A stretch of DNA of 64,000 bases from contig LSRY02000040.1 in assembly GCA_001643675.2 (NCBI GenBank), positions 806,001 through 870,000 of the forward strand. Reading direction: 5' to 3'. The notes beneath the pieces were generated by a model. The model saw nothing but the letters and a program-made list of their open reading frames with translations. It searched no databases and was not told the origin of the DNA. Below are positions 25,801-38,650 of this stretch, piece by piece (position 1 is the first letter of the stretch; every line of letters starts with the position of its first letter). The translations under genes and the position numbers were made by a program. The DNA is from Monocercomonoides exilis PA203 (Eukaryota; Protista; Preaxostyla).

Positions 25801-28800
25801 TTGATCTTCACCCTGTTCCCCGTCAGCGGCTATTAGTCAAAACGCCTGAGGAAAATAATGAGTATATTCAGCAGGTCTCTCAGAGCTGTTCGGTTGATCG
25901 CATCAGCTATGCGACACTTGCCACACTCTTCGCATTCGTAATTCCCAACCTTCGATCCAACCAAAATCGACACCAATGACTCCACCAGACTCTTCTTCCC
26001 TTTAACTTCCACCTCGAGCGCATAGAATCCATCCGAATGCCATCGCTCGTGCCCGCATCTGCAGACATGCAGGTTCATCGTGCGGTCCTTCAGAAAGCGC
26101 CGGACAAAGTTTGGAGCTGCCACCGCGTCCAAATGCATTTCCACCTTGTCCACAAGACACATGAAAAACTCGTGGATGTCACAATGCACGCCATTCACAA
26201 CTTGCTTCCTGTCCTGGTCGAGATATACCTCCAGAAACTGCTCAGCATCAATGAACTCCTTCCTGCTCGGGTTGTCCTGCAGCTCCCAGAAGAGATAGCG
26301 TACTGCTCTCCACACAGCGCTGTTCTGCACTTTCTCCTCCTCTGTCACGCTGCGCAGCCGCATCTCTGCCATCTTCGCCTCCAGCTCGTCTGGTGGGCGT
26401 GTGCTTGTTTCTTTGCTCTTCTGCCACTCACTCAGCACATCCGCATGTGAAGGTCTTGCCAGCTTCTCCAGGGCGCTTCCTTGAAACTGCTCGCCTTCCC
26501 ACAGAAGAAGCGTGGAGCGTGGCTGTGTGTGCATAAACAGCTGCACAAACAGAGAGTTCATGGAGCACAGTGTGCCTGGATTCACAATCCCTCTGTATTT
26601 AACCTCTTCGCTTTTTTCAACTTTCTTCTCCTTCTTGTATGACTTAGCAATCAACTCGGCGGGTGTGAAGTGGAAAGACGGGTACGTGTCCTTGTCGTTC
26701 ATCGTCTGCGTCTCGTTCAAAAGATGCAACAGAAGCTCTGTGTTTGCCTCATTCCCGCTGCACAGCGCAGCAACCAGACTCAAAATGGCCTTTCTGCTCT
26801 CTTCATCTTCTATAAAATGGCTCTGAATGAGTTCCACTTCTGAGTTGCCACGTGAATGCGACAAAGTCAGCTTCCTCTGCGAATCGAATCGTGCAATGTT
26901 TGAGGGCAGATATGAAGAAGAAGAAGAAACAGAAACAGAGGGACTGCGCATCATCTCTTTCCCAGCCATTCCTGGTGATGAAGCACCCGTTGAAGCAGCA
27001 ACAGCATCGAATCCAGCCACCAGCTTGTCCATTCACAGATAATGAAAGAGCATCAGCCCAAAGCACTTCTCAGGCAGCTTCAAGCCAACTTCTGTTTTGA
27101 TCCATCTTTCCAGTTTCCTCAAATTATTTTCTGTTGTCCGGTTGCATGCGCAATGAAGCTGAGAAAGCTCGTTCAGAATGACTCTCAGAGCCACTGAGAC
27201 AGGCAGAAGAGACAGCTGGCGCTTCTTTGTGAGATTGTTCAGAGAAGACAATGAAGAGGAAGGGAATGGGGCAGAGGAAGAAGAAGGTGATGCTCCTGAC
27301 AATTCATTGATGTTCTTATCATCATCATCATCATCACCTCCCACTAACAGACACCTCGGAACATCCATAATCACATCTGCCTTGTATTTAATGACAGCTC
27401 CAAGAGACTTAGCCACACTTGCTGGTGTCATCCCTGGCCACTTCGTGTTAATTTCACTGTTGTTCAGTGCAGAATTCAGCAGTTCAAAGAGCGAAGAGAA
27501 CAAGACAGCATCGTGGCGCTTCTACATTCTCCGAGGCAAATATGGCCTGCCGAGAACGATGGAGGCAGAGGAGATGTCCAGGAAGGAGGAGAGGAGAGAG
27601 ACAAGAAGCGTATCGTGTGGTGTGGAAGGGGAGCTGAAAGGTGAAAGAGCGAAAAGAGAATTGAAGAATGAAGAAGAAGAAGGAGAAGAAAAAGGCAGTG
27701 TAACAATGGTATTTAGAAAAGCAGAAGTGGAAAGTGGCTGAATGACATCAGCTGCATCTGCAACAGCGCAGAAGAAGAGAAGGAGAAATGTCTGGAAGGC
27801 GCTTAAAAGCAGAAGAGGAAGGACAGAAGAGGAGAAAGAGTGGATCATTACGATGAGCAAAGCAAACAGTTGCTGAAGGGTTTCTTCTTCGCTTTCTGAG
27901 TAAGATGGAAGAGTTTCAGTAGAAACAGAGTTGGGCTGCTGAGAGGAATGGCCGAAGGAGGAGGATGAGGATAATGAGGAGGAGGATGATGAGACAAAAT
28001 GTGAAAATGAGTCATTCGAAGAGAAGCTGACAAAAACTCTAGCCACATCCAGATAAGATTCAATGAGTGCTGTTGATGAAACATCTGGTCTCTTCACCAA
28101 GGAACAACCAGGAGCTGATGTAGAAGAAGAAGAAGAAGGAAATGGCAGAAGATCGAAAGTTTCCTCGAAAGGAGAGAGAAGCACACAGAGCAGAGCGAAA
28201 AGCGCGCGAAAGAGAGAAAAAGAAGATGGAATTTGCGATGGACATTGACAACACACTCGCAAAAGAGGCACAGATGATAGTGATGACAGAGAGCCCGCTT
28301 CTTGTCCGCATTCTGATGCAGCTGGTGAATCAATATGGAAAAATCTAGATGATCTCCCCAAAGAAGAAGGAGGGTGTGGCCAGAGAGATAAGCAAAGCGG
28401 CTATTTCGTTTGAGACGGAAAAGAAAAGCGAGCTATCTCAAATAGAAAGCGGATCAATGCAATCTATTTCGTCTGTCTCTCGTTCGTTTGATTCGCAAAC
28501 TTCTTCAAGTCCCAGGCAGCCTCCATCATCTTCAACGCAAATGTCGAATTATTTATCTCATTCTTCATCATTTTAACATTTTTCCTCGTCTTCTCCACTT
28601 CTTGCTTCTTTATTTCTTTCAACTGCTTCAACTCCTTCCTCTTCATCCCGGACATCACCTTCAGATGGAATATCTCCAACTTCTCAGGATTTTGCGTCTC
28701 CACCCTGAGACAAAATACACCAATTATTTATCAAATTCAGTCGGCACCTCGTTCGAGTTCCTATTCCAAATGCCAAGGATTTTCTCATTCATCAGGAGGA

Positions 28801-29400
28801 GCAAATGCTCATTCATCGCTGGACTACTCGACTTCATTCGGGATGTCTTATCTTCTTTTCCCACCGACTGGGCCACTTCCAATTTCCAAGCAGATCCCCT
28901 CAAATCGATACAATCGACATCTACAAGGATCATCTTCACAGAGCGTGTCTGTTGGGAATGTTGTGCCGCTGGGTGCGTCTTCTGCATCATCTGTTTCATC
29001 TGCCTCTGTGGCTGAGCAGATTCCGTCTGTGATGCCCATCGCAGGCGTTGCTGGAAACCCTTCACTGACAGACTTCACCATTCTTCTAACACAAATGAAG
29101 CAAGCTTTCCTGCCTCCTCCATATCCCCTTCAAATAGAACCATTCTTTTCACCTTCTGAGCTATTCCATAACGTAAATCACTCATCACGCTCGACCTCTT
29201 CTGCTTTTCATCCTATTCCTCAACGCCCTCTTCTTCTTCATAATCATCATATTCCTCCACATCATCATCTCATCCACCAAATGAAGGCATTTTTCTTTCG
29301 AGTTCTCAGAAAACGTCTCATCCAGCTGGAGATCTAACTGATTAGAACATCCAAAAATCATCTGCTTTCTGTTGTTTGTCTTCATCTGCAGCATCTGAAT
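22871..29400 (-). pseudogene. Large ubiquitin-specific protease (peptidase C19, USP9/24/34-like) pseudogene
   Basis: Cys box YRGIVNPGTLCSMNSLFVQLF, HCDIHEFF, zinc fingers CRCGH and CEEC, LRRFD**PLTGNRVKINDKFKFP, His-box YRLQGIINHSGTANAGYN, EFND, then AFGG…SAYILIYER after a frameshift at ~25465. Outer limits are approximate. Confidence 0.8.
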
Positions 29401-29768
29401 ATAAAAGCGTAAATAATTATTATAATAATAACTGTTATAACATTAGCAACAAGCAGACTTCATCAACCGAAATGAGCAAAGGAAGGGAAACAGAAGCTGA
29501 TGGCAACGCGACACTCAAATCATCAGCATGAACACTACACTATCATCTCGTGATGTTTGATCCACTTCACAAGAATCTTCTTCTTCTTCTTCTTCCTTCT
29601 AACTTTCTTTATTGCCTTCTATACAACCTGCCTCAACATTTCATGATGCCCAATCCCTTTACAGTTTCATTTTGAATCGAAGTGAATTGATTAACGTGTC
29701 CAATTGCTTATATATGATGATATTCAAACTTTATCGAAAAAAAGGATGAAAATAAAAAGGAAATACAA

Positions 29769-30325
29769 ATGATTCACAAATCAAAAGTGTGTTTTTTTTT
29801 CATTGTATTTATTTTTTGATTAACATTAATTATTTTGTTTTCCATAATTTTTTCCTATCTATAGTTTGATGATTGGAAACTTTATTGACTTGCCTCGTGC
29901 AAGCAAAACTCGAAAAGCCGATAAAGTTTTGGAAGCTTTGGAGTCCGCTGCTCCATCCGACCCTATGGGGTGTTTTCTTTATTTTATTTTTCGCTACAAA
30001 AAAAGAAAGCCTTTCCAAGAGGCAATCCAGACCCGCTTTGAAGGTTTTTTTTTATTTTTATTATCATTTAAACACAAAGCGAATAAAATTTTATTTTTAA
30101 TGTTATTATTATTTTTATTATTATTCGTTAAAAGAAAAAATTGAAAGTTCAATTCAAAATATCGGTGAAGTGCGGAAAAGAAGCCTCTTGGACCTTCGTG
30201 TTGAGCTTCTTCGTTGCGTTTCTTCGTCTTTTTCAATTGCGGAATTAAACAAAAACGGCTGGGGCATAACTCCCGGTGAATATTTCTATTCACGGGAGAA
30301 AAACAAAGCCCCAGCACCATCTTAA
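29769..30325 (+). CDS. Small 4-exon hypothetical gene (~120 aa)
   Basis: GC-richer exons are separated by T-rich GT..AG introns (~29789-29864, 29970-30005, 30044-30134). They splice in frame to …LESAAPSDPMG-KPFQEAIQTRFE-EKIESS…ELNKNGWGITPGEYFYSR…*. Two acceptors are AAG. Confidence 0.4.
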
Positions 30326-32094
30326 AAATCATTAATTTATTACAGCGAAACAGAATTAAAAAGTTTTTTTATTATTCTTTATTTTTTTGATTATTTTTCT
30401 TTCATTTTTCATTTAAAAAAATTTTTTTGTGAATTATAAAATGAAATATGTTTTTTTGAATGATTTTTATTTATTTTTTAGATGAAAAAGAGTTTCGAAC
30501 CGCAGAAAGCTGACTTTGAAGCCATAGCTCTTGCATCTGCGAAAACTCGAGACGCAAAAAAACAAGTTTGATTTTAGTTTAAATTTTTTTTCTTTAAGTT
30601 TTTAGTTTGAAAATTTCTCTTAATTACTGGTGTTGAATTAATTTATAAAATATCAGATTTCGCAACAAATGAAAAAAAGCCAGAAGATATTGCGAAGCGA
30701 TTGAGCAATACAGTGTGTTATGAAATAAATTCAAAAAAAAGAAGAATTAGAAAAAGAAAATATAGAAAATAAAAAACAAAATAAACAATTAAAATAAAAA
30801 TTAATAAATAATAATAATTAATACAAAAAAGTGAAACAAATATTTATTAAAATCATTGAATTTAAAAAAGCAAATATGAAAATATAAATTCATTCAAATA
30901 AAAACATAACAATACATCATCAACTTTTATCTATTAAAGCTCAAAGGCTGCATCGTTGTGTGATGGGGGGAATATTGGAATATTGACAAATACAAAAACA
31001 AATTTCATCATAAATGATTTTTTCAATAAAATAGAAATGAATAAAAAAAAGATAGAAAAGAAAAATATTAAAAAAAATGAAGAAAAAGAGAAAAATGAAG
31101 AATATGAAAATAAAGAAAAAAATGAACATAATCTTCAACAAAAAAATGATAAAAAAAATATGCACATATAGATAATTAATAGGCCTGGTTGACGGATTGA
31201 AAAACTGACGGTTGCGTCAGTCAGTGGAATATTTTCACGTCAATTGGCCTTTTTTCTCTCTCTTTTGATTTTTGAGGCAATAAACACAAATTTTATTGAA
31301 TAAAAATATTAATTATTTAAAAAAATAGCCATGCAATGTTTTTCTTTTTTCAACAAAAGAAAGAAAATATTATGAACCACAATTCGAATAAAACTGATTC
31401 TGAGAAATATCTTTTTGCAAAAACACGCTTACAGTCAATGATAGCTGATTGGTTTGCATATTGTTGTATTTTGCTATTATCTGTAAATGTTCTTCTTTCA
31501 GGCAATCCAGTGGAAATTTTCGAAAATAAACAAAAAGTGGAACATCTTGTTCATCTGAATGAATATCGAGTTTTTTCTTCAAATTCAAGAAGAAAGTTCA
31601 CAGGATGAAGAAACTTGGAAGTGAAAACTGAGAATCAGATGATGAAACATTAGAAAAAGGAAGGAATAATGAAATTGATAAAGAAAACAGTTGCCAATGG
31701 ATGAAAAACAGAAAATTTGCTTATAGAAATGTTTTGAAGGTTTGATATTGTTATTTTTTTGAAGTGATTATAATTATTTTATTCAGGATTCTGAAAGAGA
31801 GAAGGAGTGGATGGCTTTGAAGAAGAAGAAAAGCGAAGAAGAAAAATGAAATGAAGATTGATGAAATGAAAGTTAAATCGAAGATGCCTTCCATTGGGCT
31901 TTGGCGAAGAATTATTTTTGAGGAAAGATGATTTTTTTTGTGAAAGAAGGGGAAGTGAAAGAAGAAGGCATGGTATGAAAAAGGGAACGCTCAATTTTTC
32001 ATATTTTTGGCATAGGTGTATTTAAGGTCCATTTCCAATCCTTGTTAATTCTATAAATCATTGTGATAAACAAAAAGAAGATTTAATAATAAAA

Positions 32095-35000
32095 CATTTG
32101 TATGGACTAGAATTTTGAAATTCGTTTTGTTCCTTGAGAAAAAACGATTTTTTAAATCACCCATAAATAAGAGTATTATTTCAAATTTTTGATAAAAATT
32201 GATAATTTCGAAATAATAAGTGGATAAAAGGTTGTTAATTATTATATACTCTTATTATATTGATGATTTTTCAATAAATAAAACATTTTGAAAAATAAAT
32301 TAAAACAAGAAAATTATTTGATCTATCCCACAATTATATTTTTAATAACCAAAAAAGAAGACCTTGCTTTTTCTCATCATGCAATAAACACCCGTTAATG
32401 ACCATTAGAGAAATATTAAATATGTATTTTATAATAAAATGTGTAATTAATGATTGTTTGTATTTTATTCATTTATGTTTATAAACAAATTATAATTTCA
32501 GTAATAAATGAAATATATAAGATGTTTAATCAATTGTGTTTTTGAATATTGTTATATATATTTGTTGATATTATTTAAATGAAAAAAATCTCATTTTATT
32601 CGTCAACAGAACTTTATGCAGTTGTTTTTTCATTTCACAAATCATTTCGAAATTCGTTTGTTCAATTTTCAAGAGAAATGAAAAAATAGCGTTAACATTC
32701 ACTCAACGGTATTTCATTCGCAGTGATCATCAACTGCAATTTTTGAAAAATGTTATAAACTTTGATTTATTGATGGATAAAATAAAACAGCACAACTTTC
32801 ATAAAAATTTCAAAAAATTGAAAAACAAACATCATTTAAAATTCTCAACAATTGATGAATTGATTAAACTATCAATATTCGTAAGAATAAGAATTTGATA
32901 TCATTTCCGTCAACAATTGAATCACTTCTGCCAATTTGGGTCTGTCATTCGGCTTATCTGCCCACGTCTTCTCCATCAGCTCAACCATTTCTTCTCCTTC
33001 GATTCCTTCTGTCAGCAGTCGCACCCCATCCCTCATCATCTCCTGCGCTTCTTCTGCATCATACTCGCTCAAGGGTACTTCGCCTGTTGTCATCTCATGG
33101 AGAATCAGTCCAAGTGCGAAAACAACTGCCTTTTCTATTCTCTCTTCTTCATTTCCCACTTCTGGTTCTTTCCATCGCTTCATTTCTTCCTTCTGATTTT
33201 CATCTTCCAATTCCTCTGTCAACAAGTATATTTCATTTTCGTTTCCTTCCCCAATAAAGATTGAATATGGACACAATCGTTTCCCCATCATTTCCACTCT
33301 TTCATCATCAACCGAAATCAAATGCTCAAAAAGTCCTGCAACTGCCAAAACCACTTCCTTCCCATCAACAACATCCATCGCTCTTGTTCCTAATGTAAAA
33401 TTACCTTGAACTGAATGAATCACTGAGTGCAATGTTTTGATGTTCTTTTTCTCCTTCTCTCGAAATGGCTTCTTTGCTGATATAATATTGAATGAATGAG
33501 ATTGAGGTATTCCAGAAACAGAAGCGTCCTCAGTCAATGGCAATGGAGATTCCAAATCTGGCAGATCATTTTCATTTAGAATGTCATCGGTCATTAATGG
33601 AGGCTCTGGAAGATCTTCTTCATCATTGTCAATGAGAAGTGGAATTTGGCTCGTCATTCCTTCCAGCAATGTTGATGGAATGTCACTCATCTCAAAGCTT
33701 CCTCCATTGTTTTCCCTTCTTCTCCTCTCAATCTTCCCCATTATCTCCTCGTTTTCCAATCTCTCTTTCTCAACTTTCTTTTCTGATTCTCTCAGTTTCT
33801 TTCGCTGAACCACAGCCATCACAACAATTACGAACAATAGAATGATTACAACTACAACACAGCCAATAAAGGCAAATTAACTCCATTCAAATTTGTCCTC
33901 TCCTTTTGAGATTCTTTCATCTCCCTTTTATTCAGATTCACTTGTATTCTTCAGAATGAATGACTGAGTTGATGAAGGAGATTCTGCATTTCCAAATAAA
34001 ATATGCACACTCACCTCAACATCATTTCCACAATTGCTGATCAAATCTTTTCCCACACTTCCTTCAACTTTTCTTTCTGATAGAAATTCATTTGAATCAA
34101 AATCGTGTTTTTCAATCTCTTTCTCTTCTCCAAAACTCTTCACAACTGAGAATGACAGATTGCATGGAACAAAAAGCATTCCTTTGAATATCAATTTCAT
34201 TCTATCTGTCTCTTCTTTTGCCTCCACACTTTCCAGTACAGGAATGAAGAATGATGAATCTCTTTCTGAAGCAATCCCTTCAAAACTGCACCCATCATTC
34301 AACATCCAAAGAAAAGTGTCATCCTTTAATCCATCTCCTCCTTTCAAACTCATCACATTCAATGTTCCTGAGCTTGAACAGATGATATTTCTTCTCGATG
34401 ATGGATATCCTTCAATCGATGGATTATTGTTTATAAACTCTCCTTTCTCAATTATCGCATTTCCTCCACTTATTGATATTCCACCTTCTGGTGAATTCGA
34501 GATTGTTGTGTCTTTCATCATCACAAAACTCTTCACAACATCCACAAGAGATCCATCCCATCTGCACATCTCTTCTTCCTCTTCATTCAAATATTCCTCG
34601 CGTCTTTCCTTTGAACTTCCATCAAAAATGCAACTGTCCATTTTCGGATTTGTGCAATTCTCCACTTTCATCAATTTCCCTTTTTTGGTCTTTGAACCGA
34701 CTCCACCTATTGTGCAATTTGAAAATTGCATCGTCTTTTTCATTGACAAGCAAGATATTAATGTTTCTTCATTTCCTTCAACTGTGATATTTTCTGAGTT
34801 GAAATTCTTGATTGTTAATTTTCCACATTCATGAATAATTATTAGAGAAGTTTCAATTGTTGAATTGCAAATCGATAGTGAATCGATTACTAATGCAAGT
34901 TGTGAAGAAAAATGTAATGCAGATTCTTGAAGAATGAGATTTGATATTGTGCATCCATCAAGTTGTAATTCTCCTTTTTCCATTTGAATAATGTGAAATG

Positions 35001-36827
35001 GAATATTTGCATCCACAACTTTTCCATCTTCTATTAATGCTTTGATGTGAATGAGCAATTCACCACTTCAAGAATCCCTCCCACTGGTGATATCAATGAT
35101 TCATGTGTGGAGGTGAAATTTGATTCAAACACAAAGTTCACTCTCACCAATGAAACTGTTCCTGTTGTTGAAACCAATATCTCTCTTGTTCTTTCAATCC
35201 CTGTTTCCACCTCAACTTCACACAATCCTCTGCTCTTCGAACTCAAACTCATCTTCTCCCAAATTGATCTCTCCGCCAATCATGCTCTTTGCCGCAATGA
35301 ACATCAGACGAACAGATTTTGATATAAGATGCACCAGGCCATGATATATCGAATAACAAGGAAACGCATAACTTCCACACCACAATGTGTAATGTCCATC
35401 TGCAGATACAGACACAACTATCCACTTCAAAAAAACGAGAAAAACTCGCAGATCCATTTCTTCATATTTTCCATCCTCCCCAACAAATGCATTTCCATCA
35501 TCCTTGTAATATGTGCAATCAAATGCAAAACGCTCTGTATTCACACTGTTCACCAGATTGCTGCTCTTCACAAACATGTTCTTCCCAACTGTTGCTGAGC
35601 ATCCAAAAAATGATATCGATGAAAGCTAAAATGCTTCTTCATTCAGAATGAAATCCAGATATATCCCTCCTCCTTTTCCTCCCTCACTTCCGTTCTCACA
35701 AACACATCCAGCAAATGAACTATTTTCAAGTGCAACATATCCAACTTCGCTCAATGCTATTTTCAGAGCTCCTCCTTCTTTGCTCTTCTCTGACAATGCC
35801 CCATCAATTCTGCTTCCATTCATCGCCATCCCAATTCCCAAACTGCCTCCAAATACTGCTGCCTCTGTTCCTTCATCAATTTCCAATCCTTCCAGTGAGC
35901 AATCCAACAACTTTACTTTGTATTCCTGTTCATTCATATTTGCTGAGGAAAGAGAGAATGAAAACAACAATACTACTAATTTTTCTTCTGAAATCGTGAC
36001 AGAATCCAATTCAACCATCTTTCCTGTCAATTTAATCAAGAAAAATCCAATTGTGTTTTGCTTTCCTCCAACCACATTCATAGCGCAGTTCTTCATGTGC
36101 AACTCGCCATTATGAGTGTTTGATTCGATCACTGATGTGATTGTTCTGTAAAAACTTGATGGATTAACAATCTCAACGTACATCATTTCTTTTTAACCTT
36201 GCGCTTCTTTTGCTTATTTTCACTCAAATCGGCTATATCACTTAACATTTAACTATTTTCAAAAAAAAATAAATAATATTTTATGAGTTTTGTCAAAAAT
36301 TTTAATGAAACGGTGTTTATTATTGATTAAAATGTTTCGCACACTTTATAAGAGCTTCTATATTCATTTTCAACATGGTCTAAATAGGATATCCAACCGC
36401 TGCACAAAAGTTTTCATCCAAAAAATCATAAACAAAAATCATAAAAATTTGAACGATACATTGATAACAATTCATCGCACACTTTTAAACTACATTTATA
36501 TATATGATTTGTTTTATGTTCGAAAGCGAGGGTTCAATTCTTGACGAAAGAAAGCAAATTCCAAATTTAAGGATTTTAAAAATATAATTGTGGGATTGAT
36601 CAAAATATTTAAATTTTTCAATTTATTTTTTTTAAATGTTTTATTTTTTGAAAAATCATTAATGTAATAAGAGTATATAATAATTAACAACCTTTTATCC
36701 ACTTATTATTTCGAAATTATCAATTTTTATCAAAAATTTGAAATAATACTCTTATTTATGGGTGATTTAAAAAATCGTTTTTTCTCAAGGAACAAAACGA
36801 ATTTCAAAATTCTAGTCCATACAAATG
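32095..36827. mobile_element. 4.7-kb nested element with long inverted arms, carrying a surface-receptor gene fragment
   Basis: 32095..32257 appears identical to the revcomp of 36665..36827 (163 bp). Similarity decays inward to ~32345/36577. It interrupts the left TIR of the 10-kb element. Confidence 0.85.
32872..36186 (-). pseudogene. Surface-protein family member: beta-helix-like ectodomain, TM helix and degenerate kinase-like tail; 5'-truncated
   Basis: Collinear ORFs 35626..36186, 35218..35577, 35034..35279, 33928..35058 and 32872..33837. Motifs: GGKGGGIYL, WCGSYAFPC, TM FAFIGCVVVVIILLFVIVVMAVV, and kinase C-lobe-like VFALGLILHEMTTGEVPL and DRPKLAEV. Two in-frame TAA stops near 33870-33930, plus frameshifts. 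Confidence 0.8.
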
Positions 36828-37761
36828 GGTCATTCTTTTTGAAAAGTCGCAAACATTTAACTGATCTGAAAAAGAGATCGAAAATGATCAAAAAATGTTG
36901 ATCATTCCGTTCCCATTATTGCTAAAAAAATATTATCTTTTGCTATTTATTTCCCTTATCACTGAGAAATGTTTCATAAATCTGATGATGTCATATCGAA
37001 CGTTAATTATTTAATAGAATACGCTTTTGTTAGATCTTCTTTCGAGCTATTTAAATCAAACATGTAATATGTTCATATATCTTCATTTTCATTTCATTCG
37101 TTTCAATTCACGTTTTTATATTCTGACAAATAACAATATTTTAACATTTCTTTTTGTTATTAGCAAATTAGATATTAATATCTATCTTCCAATATTATTA
37201 TTTTAGAAAGTGATAAAAAGCAAAAATACATCAAAACAAAATGCACAACAATTGAAAATCATTCAAACAGTTGTTCTCATTGAGAACAAATAAATGTTTT
37301 TTTTATAAAATAAAGAGGCATTTCTACAAATTAAACACAGAAAAGCGTAATCATGAAAAGTTCGAAAAAACATGTTTTTCATTTTTATTGTTTAAAAATG
37401 AATAGTGTTCTTTGATTCTTTCATTTTCTTATAAATCTTTTCATTCCTCAGCTGTCACATTCTATTTCGATACAATTCAAGAATAAAATGTGTTCTGTTC
37501 TTCATTGTGTGTTAACAATTTGTTTTTTCACCTTATAACACTTTCTTCTTTGGAAACTGAATCAAGACTTGTGTTTTCAATGCATTGCTGCAATTATTTC
37601 TTCGAATTGCACCTTCGTCTTCCTCATCTTTTTCAATTGGATAAGGATGCCAGTCTGCTTCTCCATTCCGGAGGCGGAGAAGCGAAGAGAAGAAAGAAGC
37701 AGTAGATGATCAGTCATCTTCATCTTCATCATCAGCACCTGTAACCAACACTTCAAATGCC

Positions 37762-38615
37762 TTGGCAGTGGCTGCGTCATTCACTTCGGCAGAAGCGATG
37801 GGTTTCATCAAGAGACGGCTTCAGATTGTGGAGCCTGAGGCGGCTGGGGTGTATGCGCGGCAAGCGGTGCTGTATGGGGTTGTTGCGTTTGAATACGATG
37901 TGGTGCTTCCTGCGATGCTTTCTATATTGCTGGTGGCACCCCTTCCTGCTCCTGCAGCGTCGGTGGGAACGAAGTCGGGGATCAAGCTGATCTTTGCAGT
38001 GGCAGATGTGAATGCGTTCCTGTCGATCTTCGATCTGTTTGGCCCATCGCTGCTGCAGTCTGCGATAGCACGGCTGGTGTCGCGCTCACTGTAGTCGAGG
38101 AGTGTGGTGGTGAAGCTGGAGGACGAAGTGATGGGACGAGAGGTTGCCGTGCGTGAAGTGGGGGAGATTGTGGAGAGGGGCTCTCGGCGGAGGGGTTGAG
38201 GATGGAGGATGTGGTTATGTCGCTTGCAGCGATTGCGCTGGCGGTGCTGGAGGAGCGGGAAGAAGTAGAGGAAGGAGAAAAGGGAGGCAAAGAGGTAGAA
38301 GAAAAGGGAGAAGAAGATGGAGGCAAAGATGGAGGGAGAGAGGGAGGTGATGGGAATGAGGAGAAAGGCGTGTATCCGACAGCTCACAGAGAGTTTGTGG
38401 AGAGAATCAAAGAGAACCAGGGGAAGCTGGAAGAAGCGATGGCGCCGCTGGTTGTGGAGGCGCTTGGGCTGAGTGGGCTGAGGTTTGTGAAGGCTGATGC
38501 TGAGGTGGGTGCAGACAAGCAGCATTCTGTGAAACCAGAAGTGTGCAGTTCTTCTTAATCCGATGGCATTCAACAGAAGATTTCAAGAGCAGCAGCAGCA
38601 GAAGAAGAAGAAGAA

Positions 38616-38650
<35 letters not shown>

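Noticed and set aside
30258-30319. Canonical tRNA gene
   Set aside because: No D arm, anticodon arm or TTC T-loop. Eukaryotic tRNA genes also do not normally encode CCA.
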